A stretch of 64,000 nt of DNA from Pavona decussata (taxonomy: Eukaryota): positions 868,001-932,000 of the forward strand of contig CDRNST010000048.1 in assembly GCA_977016875.1 (NCBI GenBank). The letters are read 5' to 3'. A program made the translations under genes and the position numbers. Below the pieces are notes generated by a model. It was given only the letters and a program-made list of their open reading frames with translations, was not told the DNA's origin and did no database searches. Position 1 is the stretch's first letter, and the number at the start of each line of letters is the position of its first letter. Positions 52,828-64,000 of this stretch are shown here, piece after piece.

Positions 52828-53732
52828 TTAAGGAAAAGTCTTCGTCAAACCTGTGAGACAAAATATTTTGTAAGAATCTTTATATAATGGTAATTAAATT
52901 TGAATCAAAGTTCACGTTAAGCCACCCTAGGTAAAAAGAGACAACGCGGAGGCGGATCAAAGTTTCTTGTCCAAGAAAACAACACGACCGCAGCACGCTA
53001 ATCACTACACCATCGCTCTTCTACCTGATATCGAAAGTCGTGCCTCTATTTTAGTTTTTACAATAACTTTCAAAATTCCCGCTCGCTGAGTGGCTCAAAG
53101 CTATTGTCAATAAGAGTACAAACAATAATCAAAGGCTCCTGTGAGCCAACTCGTGTTTGCAGAAGTAAATAGTGGCAAGCTATAAAACATTGTTTGCATT
53201 GTGCTTGGTTGGTGGCCCAGGATCAGACATATATAAGCCATAAAGGGTTAATTAAGGGCCTCACTGGCATTTTATTCCGCGTCCTACGCCACTTTAAGTA
53301 GATTATTAGCCGTTGTCCTCGGTAAGATTTGTATTTTTTAAGAAACATTTAATTTTGAAAATTGTATGGAACGTTTGGAATAGTTGGCTTTTTAAAAGCC
53401 GAAAAAAAAAAAGAAAGAAAAAAGTGTCTCCTTTACCTCAGGAATCGAACCCGAGACCCTTTGCATCTAAGTCAGCGAGCTACCCCACTGGACAACATTG
53501 TCCANNNNNNNNNNNNNNNNNNNNNNNNNNNNNNNNNNNNNNNNNNNNNNNNNNNNNNNNNNNNNNNNNNNNNNNNNNNNNNNNNNNNNNNNNNNNNNNN
53601 NNNNNNNNNNNNNNNNNNNNNNNNNNNNNNNNNNNNNNNNNNNNNNNNNNNNNNNNNNNNNNNNNNNNNNNNNNNNNNNNNNNNNNNNNNNNNNNNNNNN
53701 NNGATTAATCAATCAACCAATCAGTCAGTCAG

Positions 53733-53779
<47 letters not shown>

Positions 53780-54670
53780 GCCAGTCAATCAATCTTTATT
53801 TATACACGTTTAGAAGTAAAAGCTTAACAGCTGTGGGTAACAAACAAGTTGAGTTCAACTAAATTATAATATGCACATGAATACGATAAAATACGTACAC
53901 GACTTTGCAAACTAAAAATTGCCGTGGTAGCACGCCTTTTAACGAAAAACTAGCAAAAAGCGCAAACATACTTTCCAAAGTCGCAACTTATTTGAAATTG
54001 TAATCGAGTATTATCTCGTATTTTCTTTTTGAATCTCTTCACAGCATATTTATTTTACAAAACAAAAGTAACTGTTATTCATTTCGTATGTAATAGTTTA
54101 TTGTTCCGCGTACCAGAACGTTTAAAGGTGGCTGAGCTTTATTTTTTAAAGTTTTGATTTTCAACAACAACAACAACAATAACAACTACAGCTAAAATGA
54201 CATAAAATAGAAAATGAAATAGAAAAGGGTATTGGCTTCCTTAAATAACTTGTGAGTTAAAGAACAAGGAAGGCAATTTACGTGAAATAAATTACAATAT
54301 TGAGGCCGGAAAACACAGAGAAAAGAGACAACAAACACAACAGAGACAAAAACACGCACAACAGTATCTACCTAACAAAATAAATAAATCAAGCTTAAAG
54401 CAACAAATAAATCATGGAAAATCATGAAATAAAAATGAAATTGACAAGATCAGAATAAGAACCAGCATTAATATTTGCTTAGAAGTTCTCGTTTCAGATT
54501 TTCTTTAAATTTTCTGCAGAAGGTTGACTTCACATTTTTACCTAAAGAATTCCACAATTTTGGTCCCTGAAAACGAATGTTAAATATTCCATAGTTTGTT
54601 CTTGCTCCAGGCAGATAATATAATTGATTTGCTGCACTTCTTGTTTTATAGGTATGAATATCAGCTATTG

Positions 54671-55185
54671 TAATCCATCAAATATTTTCGCTCGCGCGCG
54701 ATTGGTCTAAACGCCTCACGTGACCGAATATACCCCAGCTAAAACTGGGGAATATCCGATGATATTCCTCAAGTCCTTAATTTCAAAAACTTCAAGGCGC
54801 GTCTTGTTTACAATTAAAATTAATGAGAAGATGGGGGAACGGTTTGCTTTTGTGACAGAAGGAGAGATAAACCTGCTGGTCGATAAAGCAGTATCAGAGA
54901 ACAACATACGCTCTAAACGTTTTTGACGGTAGACTGTTCTTAAACGAAATGTTCAAATACTCAAGCTCTTTGCCACATGTTGCGAAAAATATTTGAAGGA
55001 TAATAACCAAAATAGCCTCCATTTGGCTTTAAAAATATGCTCAGATATTTGTCCTTGGACATTATCTGCTCCTCGAAGCTCACAGTTTTCCTCGAGCAAA
55101 ACTGTTCGCTTCTCTGAGCAGATAATGTCAGCAGACAAATATCGGAGCATATTTTCGCGCCAAATGGAGGCTATTGTTTATTTAA
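54671..55185 (+). mobile_element. Unit-3-specific insertion, possibly a non-autonomous Crypton-type element
   Basis: Absent at the paralogous site near 31344. Encodes the short peptide MGERFAFVTEGEINLLVDKAVSEN, reminiscent of the N-terminus of Crypton/DUF3504 proteins, and has a palindromic right half. Confidence 0.5.
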
Positions 55186-55826
55186 AATTTAAAATAAAAA
55201 AAAAAATATCAAAATAAGAGAGGTATCTCGTGTAATGGATTTTTAAGAAATAACTCTTGTACTATTCGTGACGATTTTTTTCTTTTTTCAAGAATTTAAA
55301 CAATTTTTTAGCTTTTTCCAAAGAATGCCTTTGTTTCCCAGTCTCTGTTTAGTTAATGCGATCGATTTATTTCTACCTAGAAAATTCGGCCCCAGAATGT
55401 CAAGTATTATGCGTTTATGGTACGTTTAGAACTCGAGGAGTGAAATGCAATATTTTCATTTCACGCCGTAAGCTCCGGTGTTGACATCTTTGCGTGTATC
55501 AATACCCAGCAAGGGTGGAAAAAGAAGTGTGCACTGCCCGTTCCGGAGTTCAGATGGATACTGCGGACAAGATTTTGAATTTTCATCTAATCAAAAATTG
55601 GAGTCGGTCACAAGAAAGATCACATTGAAATTAGTCAGTTTACCAAGTTTGAGGTTCTGTCGTTAGATTGCAACCATGTAGAAGGCTTTCAAAAATGGGA
55701 AAAAAATAGAGACTTAATATGGATTTGGGGGACGCCATCTCAGAATTAGAGAAATTTTTAGGAATTTGGGCGACCATTGACAGCCTGGTTACTACACAAT
55801 GGAACATAACCAAACTGGGTAAACTT

Positions 55827-57166
55827 TTTTTCACGTTGTTTTATTATTTATTTGCACTGTTTATAACATACACTGTATTTACTTCTTACACGATGCTTAC
55901 TCTACATTAACGTACACTACTTACAATACATATATTACAATACAATTTCACTAGTCAAATTATATTACATATGATCTGTTTACAATGACATTATTGTTCG
56001 TTTGTTAATTATTCGAGTCACTTATAAGAATTTTATTTGTTACTATATAGGGTGTTGATTTTCTAGAATTTAATAGAATATTAAATAAATAGGTAGCGAA
56101 AGCAAACAAATCAAAATACAAAACCTTAAAAGAAAAAAAAAAGACAGTACAATTTTATAAAGACAGAAAAAAATTTCCATTTGTTTCTGAATTCTTTCTC
56201 CTTATTAGAAGTGACAGCAATATGTTTTTCCAGATTGATGTTTTCGCGCACAAGTGAGAGAAAATCATCGAATTGAGAAGTTATAGTATTTAAAGCGTTA
56301 ATATATAAGAAATATTTACCCAAAATAATGAGATGGTTGAGAGCTAAACAGTAGGTGTGACAGCGAGTAATTCCGAACATAACCTCTAGTTCTGACAGCA
56401 GCAGTTTCGTATTACTAGAGATTGAGTACCACTCCTGGAATTTATTCCAAAAAGAACTTGCGTGTGTGCAGTTTTTAAACAGATGCCACAGGGTTTGACA
56501 CTCAGAAGGACAAAAGGGACAGGAGGGTGAGGCGACTTTTTTCATTTTGTGTAACAAGCTATTCGTTGGTAATATGCGGTGAATGATTTTGTATTGGAAC
56601 ATCGTCAATTTAATTTCTCTCGAAGTTGGTGGAGGTAGATCTTCAAGGTTAAGCAGCATACTGTATATTGTCTTGCATGTCAGTGAACAAATCAAGGTGG
56701 GAGGCGTAACTGGATCCATGGAACCTTCTTGCAATAGTTTCTTCCAATTTTGGGGAATAGAAGAAATAATGCTATGATATTGTAAAAAGTTACATTTTAC
56801 GTTGAATTTATTGTAAAAGGAATTAAATGGAAGGAAATGGCCCTCACGGGAGTCCAAAAGGTCCGAGATTTGTTTTATTCCTGCTTGATGCCAATGAGGA
56901 AAGAATACCATTTTCTTATTCACAATTAAAAATCGGTTGTTCCAGATTGGTTGTAGGAGAACCTCATTTTTATTTTTAGGTGTGGCCTTTGTGATATCCT
57001 GCCAGTAAAAAATGATTTGCTTGTAGAAAGCAGGAAGATGGTTATCTAGGTTAAGTAGATCATACTCATAATTACATTTAAACAGTTCTGTGCCGCCAAC
57101 ATCGGCGAGGAGCGATTTTGGTATGTACTGCCGTGGGGCATCCGAGTTAGAACATAACCGTTTCAC
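55827..57166 (-). mobile_element. 5'-truncated L1/Tx1-type LINE with a 17-bp TSD
   Basis: ORF 56126-57166 (IWNNRF, FQYKIIHRIL, CPFC...HLFKNC zinc knuckle, NHLIILGKYFLY). CCAAACTGGGTAAACTT is duplicated at 55810-55826 and 57167-57183. Empty sites are present in units 1 and 2. Confidence 0.92.
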
Positions 57167-57992
57167 CCAAACTGGGTAAACTTAATGATATTTAGGTAAT
57201 CTTTCTGGTGATGGGGCTCATTTCTTCATTTGCTCAATCTGAACAATGTGTAAACTAGGGCCCAGTCCCTTTATGAGATTCGGAACGGGCAATTGGTTGT
57301 ACTCGCATCGCAACCCTAAAGACTGCAAAACTGTACAATCCCATCTGTAACAGTGACTACTTTAAGGAACTTATAAATCCAGGACGGCAATCCAAGACAA
57401 ATATAAACGTTCTTCAAAACCTCATGAATCGGGTCATTTTAGAATGAAGTTGTATCGATAGCGACAAAGAAATGCACCAAACTGTATAACGCAGGCGCCG
57501 AACCATTGTTCAGAACAGTGATTTTCTTTTTTTGTGACGTCCTCGTTGCCATTGTTTCCATGGTTTTGACGAGGATGCGTTATTTTGCTAGTGCGCATAC
57601 GTTCTGCGCATCTCGGGATGGTCCAAGAAACTCTGATTTCTTAAGGACGGCGCCTACTAATTTAAAGGGGTTTTGTTTGCGCGATTTATCACTATACGGG
57701 AAAGGAAGATCTTAGGAAGGTCTATTGAAATCGAAAAATATAACTGGGGGGACCCACCCATTTTTCATCAAAAATTAAGGTTCAATTTGGAAACATTCCA
57801 CATATTGTTATGTTTTTGAAAGCTTTTTAGAGTTTTGTTACTTAATTATTCCTAAAAAAAAATTCGTTGTTACCCCCAATTTTCTTTTTAGATTCCAATA
57901 GCTCTTGCTTAGATCTGGTTTTCCCACATACAGTCAATCTCTGCGCATAAATCCCTCCGTATAAGAAGACACCGTCCTTAAGGCCTCTTTCA

Positions 57993-60900
57993 TCACGGGT
58001 TAACAGCTAGATCCGTGTCTTTTAAGTAGTCTGCTATAGCATCCAGAATCTCCAGCAACAAGTCTCGGCTTAGTCTTCTGAGCTTCGGAGATTTTGCAAC
58101 CTTCAGAGAGAGAAGAAAAGAGAAATAGTCATGTGATCCATGCAGTGTAATATGCAGCGGGTTTTTCTGAAAGTTTGGTTTAAGATGTCCACGTTTTCTG
58201 GACTCGCAGAGTAAGGTGCAGCAAACGGAAACCCCAAGGGAATACTTCATTGGTCTCGTTAGGCAATGAAAATCCCTCTGTCTTCCACATTTAAATGCAA
58301 TGTTAGTGAGAGTTATCAACTTTCCTCTTTCCACCAAAGTGCTGAGAAATAGTTACCTTGGTAAAATGTCCGACAACAAGGTCGAGTGCATGCTTCTTCA
58401 TGTCCGAGGCTCCGATCCTATGAGCCGCTTCAAGAATCTAATGAAAAATAATTAGAAACGTATAATAAGTTGTTTGTTATGAAGAAGTGAGGTCTTGTTT
58501 CACCGAATTGAAACACCAGATCCCAGTTGTACTCGGCTGAGCACGGACGACGAAGAACAACAGTTTGTAACAAACTAAATACCCGATGCAAGCATCAGAC
58601 TATCATTTCAGACTTGGTTAAAGAAATCTGATACTTCAGTTTTTGAGAAGATATTTGCAGAAAACGCCTCGATCGGTTCGCATAATCTTTTCAGGTCTCA
58701 CACAATCGATTCAGAGACAGGGCGTGTTGTCATCGGTATATCTTACCCCTTGGCCTGTGAAAAAAAACTACTTGGGAATAAGGCATCCTGGTTTCGTGAA
58801 ACCCGCATACCCCTCCGTATCAAACGATCGTGATTTGAGCAAGTGAATTGGCTCGTTACTCATAGCTCTCATGAACCAATCCAGCGAAACCTACTCTGTG
58901 GAGTTTCATGGTAGGCCAATGGATGGGACCAAAATTCTCAGCCCGTGACCGTCAAAATGTTTTTTTAGCTCCCATCGTTCTTTACAGGGACTCTATGTAT
59001 TCGTTACAATAAACCGTTGTGATAGTAATAGCGCTCTTTTCTTACCTCGATTACATTTTCAAACGAGACATTCATTTCCAGATTCTGTTTACAGAAGGCC
59101 TGAAAACGTTATGGAGTAAATTCATTGAACAACATCAAGAAGAAAACAGATGTTAGAAAAGACTAAATTGTAAAACCTGTAAGGGATTATACAGACCTGA
59201 AGTCGATTGTTCGTGAAGCCAAAGAAATAAGGAGCTGACAGAAGATATCTTGCATACAAGGTCAAGGAAAATTTCTTAATTTGGTAATTTAAGACTATAA
59301 CTAAGAAATTAGTTACGAAATTAATGAGCGCGAGTTCAATGGAGCAGGCTTGTTATTAAAAAAAAAAACGAGTTCATTTAAGGTCATGCAATTGACGTTA
59401 ACCAGAGACTTTAAATCCAACAGAGTTGATAGAAAAAGCTGTGTTCTGGAAGTGCAGATGAACCCTTCCTCAAGGATACTTTCTCATAACCAAACAATGT
59501 TCCCTGAATACCTCACAAGGGCGCATACACTCAATTGAAAAAAAGTTGTTCCGTGCAAGCGTGAACGATGCAACCTGATGGAATTATGGGATGCTCTTAT
59601 TAGTATGCGCACATTTCCTGTTTTTTTTTTTTTTGTCGCCCGTGACAAATATGTAATTTTTAAACCCGAGAAAACGCACGTGCTTTTATTTTCTAACAAC
59701 AAAAATGCAAATAACTTCATAGGTCAAACGTTCTCCAGAAAGCTGCTGAGTCTTATCATTTATGGTTTATACATTTTTATCTGACAACGTGTTTTCAATC
59801 GAGTGTATTTAAGAAACGTAACTTATGAAGGATACAGTGAGTCCTCAGGTGGCATGGACACATCTCCATGATAAATATAAAGAAGGAGAGAGTTGAAAGC
59901 TTCTCGCGAAGGAATTGTCTCACCAATGGTAATCTTTATGAGGAAAAAAGACGGTGAACGGTTTACTCGTGTGCTCAACAAAACAAACACAAATGAAGCA
60001 ATAACAAAACACCAATCGGAACTCGATAAGAAAACAATGGAACTTATCATCAATGATGAAAGTGATATCAAAATCAAGTGTCGCGAAAAGCAAATAGGAG
60101 TATAAGTACTCCCCCTCCCCCCCCCCCCCCCCCCTCCTCGTTCAGTCCAGCAAAGACACACCCTCAGCATTTTGTTAGCAGGCGTGACCCTTTATGTTCG
60201 CTGCTACGTATTTAACACTTGAGCCTAGATGTTCCACGCTGGGGATTTTTTTAAGTCAAATGTGGCCAAAACGTTTCTCCTCCTTAGGGTTTTGTAGTAG
60301 CAACCTCAAACTTTGCAACCAGACAAAACAATATTTTCTCTACAACTTGCCCTAATCGGATTTTTGAATTTCATTTTTCTAGCGGTAAAATGACGTCATC
60401 AATTTGGCGGGAAATTTTTTTTTTGAGCTACGACACAGTTGTCCCTAACATAAAAAAACAACATGAAATGAGAATAACAAATCTGAAAACAAATTTGGAA
60501 TACCTCATTGGAGTCAAGAGTTATGGGAAGTTAAGCGTTCAATTTAAGGCTTTTTTTAGTAACAAAATGGCGGAAAATTCAAACTTCAGAAGCCCAAAAT
60601 TTTTGATTCAGTTTAGATATTTCAAATCGTTTTTTCAGTTTTGTAATCCTTCAGGTATGTTTATTTTAAAAAAATGTGATCGCCTGCAAAAATTGAGATT
60701 CGTACAATAAAACCCTGAGGAGAAGAAACTTCTCGGCCGAATTTGACTAAAAAAATCCCCAGCGTGTTCGATAGTCGGTTAACGCATGGTCTATAGGAAA
60801 AATACAGTTCGACTAAATTAAGTTAAATTTCTCTCAAATAAAGTCAAATCAAAGTCACAAGACTACTCGGATGTAAGCAACAACTAGACAGAATATGTCG

Positions 60901-63458
60901 TATGAAAGCACGGGTTTGTCACGTTTTTGGAGCTTGACAACCTCAGCGTGAGAATGCGCCTTTTGAGGAAATGAAGAGCATGCAATTCTACCCACCATGA
61001 CCGTGTTGTTCTCCGGCATAAATGATCGAAACATTGCCTCAAAATAACTAAACAGAAAAAGAAAAAGAACAATCTTCAAAAACTAGATATGAATGGTATA
61101 TAATCCTACTGAAAACTTTCAGGGGGACGACCCAGTACACATCAGAACACGAGAATCTTTAAGGAATCTTCTTAAAAGACAATTAAAAAAAACGCATTAC
61201 AGTTTCAGTGTTGTATTTTTCTTGTATTTATGGTAACAAGCACATATAAGAAAGAAGTAATTCACTCAGCCAACCTACCTACACCTTGCAGCCAAGACAG
61301 CCTGGAGGGAAAAAACGACAGATAGTCATTCATTTCGTAAATCTTTTACCAGAGGCAAACATAGACACGCAACGCGTACAGAAGAGATGGCGTTTTCTGA
61401 AAAGTGGCGCCATGCATTGATCGCGGTCAAACGTAAAAACTAAGAAAAGTCCAATTTTCGCTCTGGTGGAAGGGAAAAACCCTAAATTCAATCACCTTAT
61501 CAGAACAAGAAATAATATACGGATTCACTAGAGATCTCTCTCGTCGTCTTGGCTTAAACCTCTGTTTAATTATTGCCAAATACTACATCTATTCTGCGTC
61601 ACGAAGAGAAGAAGAGTTTATCTGGGAAGCCTAGTATTGTGCTATATTAAAGAGTCACCTTGAAATTGAAAATCACAAATCTAAATTGCAAATAAGTCTT
61701 TGAGTCTTTTAATTTTAGTTCATTTTTTGCTACATTGCTTTGCAAGGCTGCCATGTGCCAGCAAGTAATGTGTAATTGTGTAATTTTTTGCTTAAGTTTG
61801 TAGTTTTAAAAGCATCATAAGTATTGTAAACATCTTTAGTACCGTCAGTTGTAAGTATGTAAGTATTGTAAGTAATTAGTATCGAATTGCAAGTAACGAT
61901 ATAATTGTTAGTACCGGTGTTAGCTGTATTGTAAGTTGTGTAGCTAGTTTGTTGTGTAGTTAAGTATGCTTCTTTTTTGTTTTGTAATGTAGTATCATAT
62001 AGTAATATAATAAATGAAATGTACTGTTCTGAAGTATTCAATAAAGTTTTCTTAAAAAAAAAAAAAACTAAGAAAAGTCTGGTGAAGATAAGGTTTTTAC
62101 TTTGAGAGCTCAAAGATGATCAGCTTTGCGTGAATTGTGAGTTTACCAACTTTTTGCACGATTTATTTAAAAAGTTAATTTCAAGTCTGTTATGTGGAGA
62201 CTGGTAGGCGCTGTGTGTCTTTGTTTTCTCTTTGATTGCATGATATTACCTTATCATGATCTAGCAAGAGAAAATTCTCTTGGTTCTAGCAAATCATAAA
62301 ATAATTTAGTAACCTCAGAGACTCACAAAAAACTTACCAGCTTTCAAAGCTCTCAAAGTAAAAACCTTATATTAACTGACTTTTCCTACTTTTTACGTTT
62401 GACCGCGGTTGCGGTCACGTGACTAGTATCGTATAGTATCGCAATCGGCATTTGAGCAGACCTAAGAAACGATCAATGCCTATTATTTGGTGACAAGTTA
62501 GCTGACCTTCCAAAAGTCCGTGGGTGCAATTCATGCAAAAAAACAAAACGTCCCCGTTCCTCAGATACATGCAAAAGAAATTTCCTGAGGTCATCGCCCG
62601 TCCTCGTTTGAGGAAGATATGTCCAGAAATGCACGCTAATGAAATTCAGAAACTGTATGATAGACATCACAAGGTGTCCCCTAACCTTAATTCTCACCAA
62701 AACACACATAATTCTGTCAAACATGAAGTCATGTGAAAACGACAAAAAGACTTGTTTTGTATGAAGTACCCAAATTCAGGGTTAGGTGCATTTCTGGACA
62801 TAAGTGACACTGTTGAACCGAAATTTGGCAGGTTTTGAAACTTTAAAGTTGAGTACTGTTGGGAACAATTGTAAAGGTCAAGTGGATGTAAAGTGTTGTG
62901 ATTACTGCAAAGACCAAACAAAGGTTATTGTAATGGAATAGCTACATTAAACAAACATCTTCAATACAAAAGGTTCTGGGGTGGTGATATTGGTTTTGAC
63001 TTGCCAACGAACCACCAACGACTCTCTTCTATGACTTTTTATTTATATGTTCTTTTGTCGGGGCGCCATTGTCACAGCGTGTCTTGACAAAAAGATAGAG
63101 CTCTTCCATTACATTTTCAAAATGAAGGTGCGTCTTCAGACTTATTTCTCTGTAACTTAGGGTGGAAGCTAGAATTTTCCGGTAACCTGTTTGACCGTAT
63201 GAGCAAATACTCACGTACTTTATCTGCCCCAATTGCTTCGCCGTCCACCATCAGCATGATGTCATGAAAGTCTTGGCCGCGCGCTGCCTGAAGAAAGTCT
63301 AACATGTCTTGTTGTAAGGTTTTCTGTGCAAAATAAGTAAACCAGCAGCAAGGTGAGCGAAAACATGGCAAAATATCTGCAATTTGAAAAACGGCGTTCT
63401 CTTGCGTACGTGGATGCGTCGACCGACACTGGTTATCTCCTGGAATGAGGGCACTCGC
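57993..63458 (-). CDS. LZTR1: LZTR1 copy C, last 9 exons; the 5' part would lie beyond the right edge (parental gene or another decaying duplicate)
   Basis: Exons 63458-63410, 63325-63219, 61301-61279, 61047-60996, 59933-59836, 59248-59197, 59099-59046, 58437-58357, 58100-57993. More diverged from A/B than they are from each other. Carries AHK>ADK and an acceptor CAG>CAC change at 63326. Confidence 0.75.
60235..60766. mobile_element. Non-autonomous CACTA/EnSpm-like element (532 bp, 3-bp TSD)
   Basis: TTC|CACGCTGGGGATTTTTTT...AAAAAAATCCCCAGCGTG|TTC. The empty site GTTGTTCGATAG is present in A/B (~13450, ~36300). Confidence 0.85.
61452..62062 (+). mobile_element. Short 5'-truncated L1/Tx1-type LINE end with poly(A) and TSD
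   Basis: Reads FSLWW...[10 protein letters not shown]...[13 protein letters not shown], then an AT-rich 3' UTR, AATAAA and poly(A). AAAAACTAAGAAAAGTC flanks both ends (61435-61451, 62063-62079). Confidence 0.85.
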
Positions 63459-63499
63459 CTAGTAAAAGGAAACGAAAGCTGATTTAATTAAAATGTATT

Positions 63500-63845
63500 G
63501 TTATATACCTAGACTTTCACTCAACAAAACGAGCACTGTCATTGGTTGATTCTTAGTCACGTGCCCCTGATCAAATACAATTGTATCCCGACCACGATAC
63601 AATTCCGCAGTTGTTGCCCTCTCAGTTGTTTGTTTGTTTGTTTGTTTTTCTGTGATTGTTGAAAGGAAAGTCTTAATTTAATATATAACAAAGCACTTAG
63701 TTTATGGTCCCTCGGGAAACTAGTTAGTTTTGTTTTCTCTCGAGTCCCGGTGTTTCCCTCGACTTCGTCTCGGGAAACATCAGGACTCTCGAGCTCGGGA
63801 ACACAAAACTAACTGTTTCCCTCGGGACCATACATAAAGGGTCAG
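63500..63845. mobile_element. Foldback element with a ~130-nt palindrome (~63702-63832)
   Basis: ATGGTCCCTCGGGAAAC...GTTTCCCTCGACTTCGTCTCGGGAAAC...GTTTCCCTCGGGACCAT. Not present at the paralogous A/B intron position. Confidence 0.65.
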
Positions 63846-64000
63846 TTATTTTAAAAAAACAGTTTAGACGGTGTTTAACAAAACAACGTTCTAAGCCATT
63901 TTCAATTTTCCCAACAGTCGTATCTAAACATTGTCTGCTGCTGACGGTAAAAAGAAGGCTTGCATCCCAGGCTAGAAAACTATTTATCTACTTAAATAAA

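Larger units (their letters stand above)
1..64000. repeat. Tandem segmental triplication, unit = CTHRC1 gene + LZTR1 3' half (approx. <1-20.3 kb, 20.3-43.3 kb, 43.3->64 kb)
   Basis: Colinear homology of exons, introns and intergenic DNA. The CTHRC1 start codons are 20,628 and 22,820 bp apart. Confidence 0.93.

Noticed and set aside
53313-53862. ORFs spanning N-runs (also 14564-14846 and 37396-37779)
   Set aside because: Artefacts of assembly gaps and microsatellite sequence.
56126-57166. Host protein-coding gene (longest ORF in the window)
   Set aside because: It is a LINE ORF2 C-terminal fragment bounded by a TSD, with no true start, and absent from the paralogous units.

Overview
AT-rich, intron-containing animal DNA, not prokaryotic. 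The gene content and repeat families suggest an anthozoan cnidarian, probably a stony coral (inference). The window is a head-to-tail triplication of a ~21-23 kb unit. Each unit carries (i) an intact + strand CTHRC1-family gene with 3 coding exons (signal peptide, 39 or 49 Gly-X-Y triplets, CTHRC1 C-terminal domain; 320/350/320 aa) and (ii) on the - strand, tail-to-tail with it, the 3' half of an LZTR1 orthologue (BACK1-BTB2-BACK2 exons). The LZTR1 half includes a 23-nt microexon and a U12-type (minor spliceosome) intron. LZTR1 copies A and B show no recognisable Kelch/BTB1 exons. Copy C runs off the right edge and carries two apparently damaging changes. The rest is MITEs, LINE fragments, foldback elements, a 106-bp satellite, microsatellites and three assembly gaps. 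All exon structures were read by hand; identities quoted are visual estimates.
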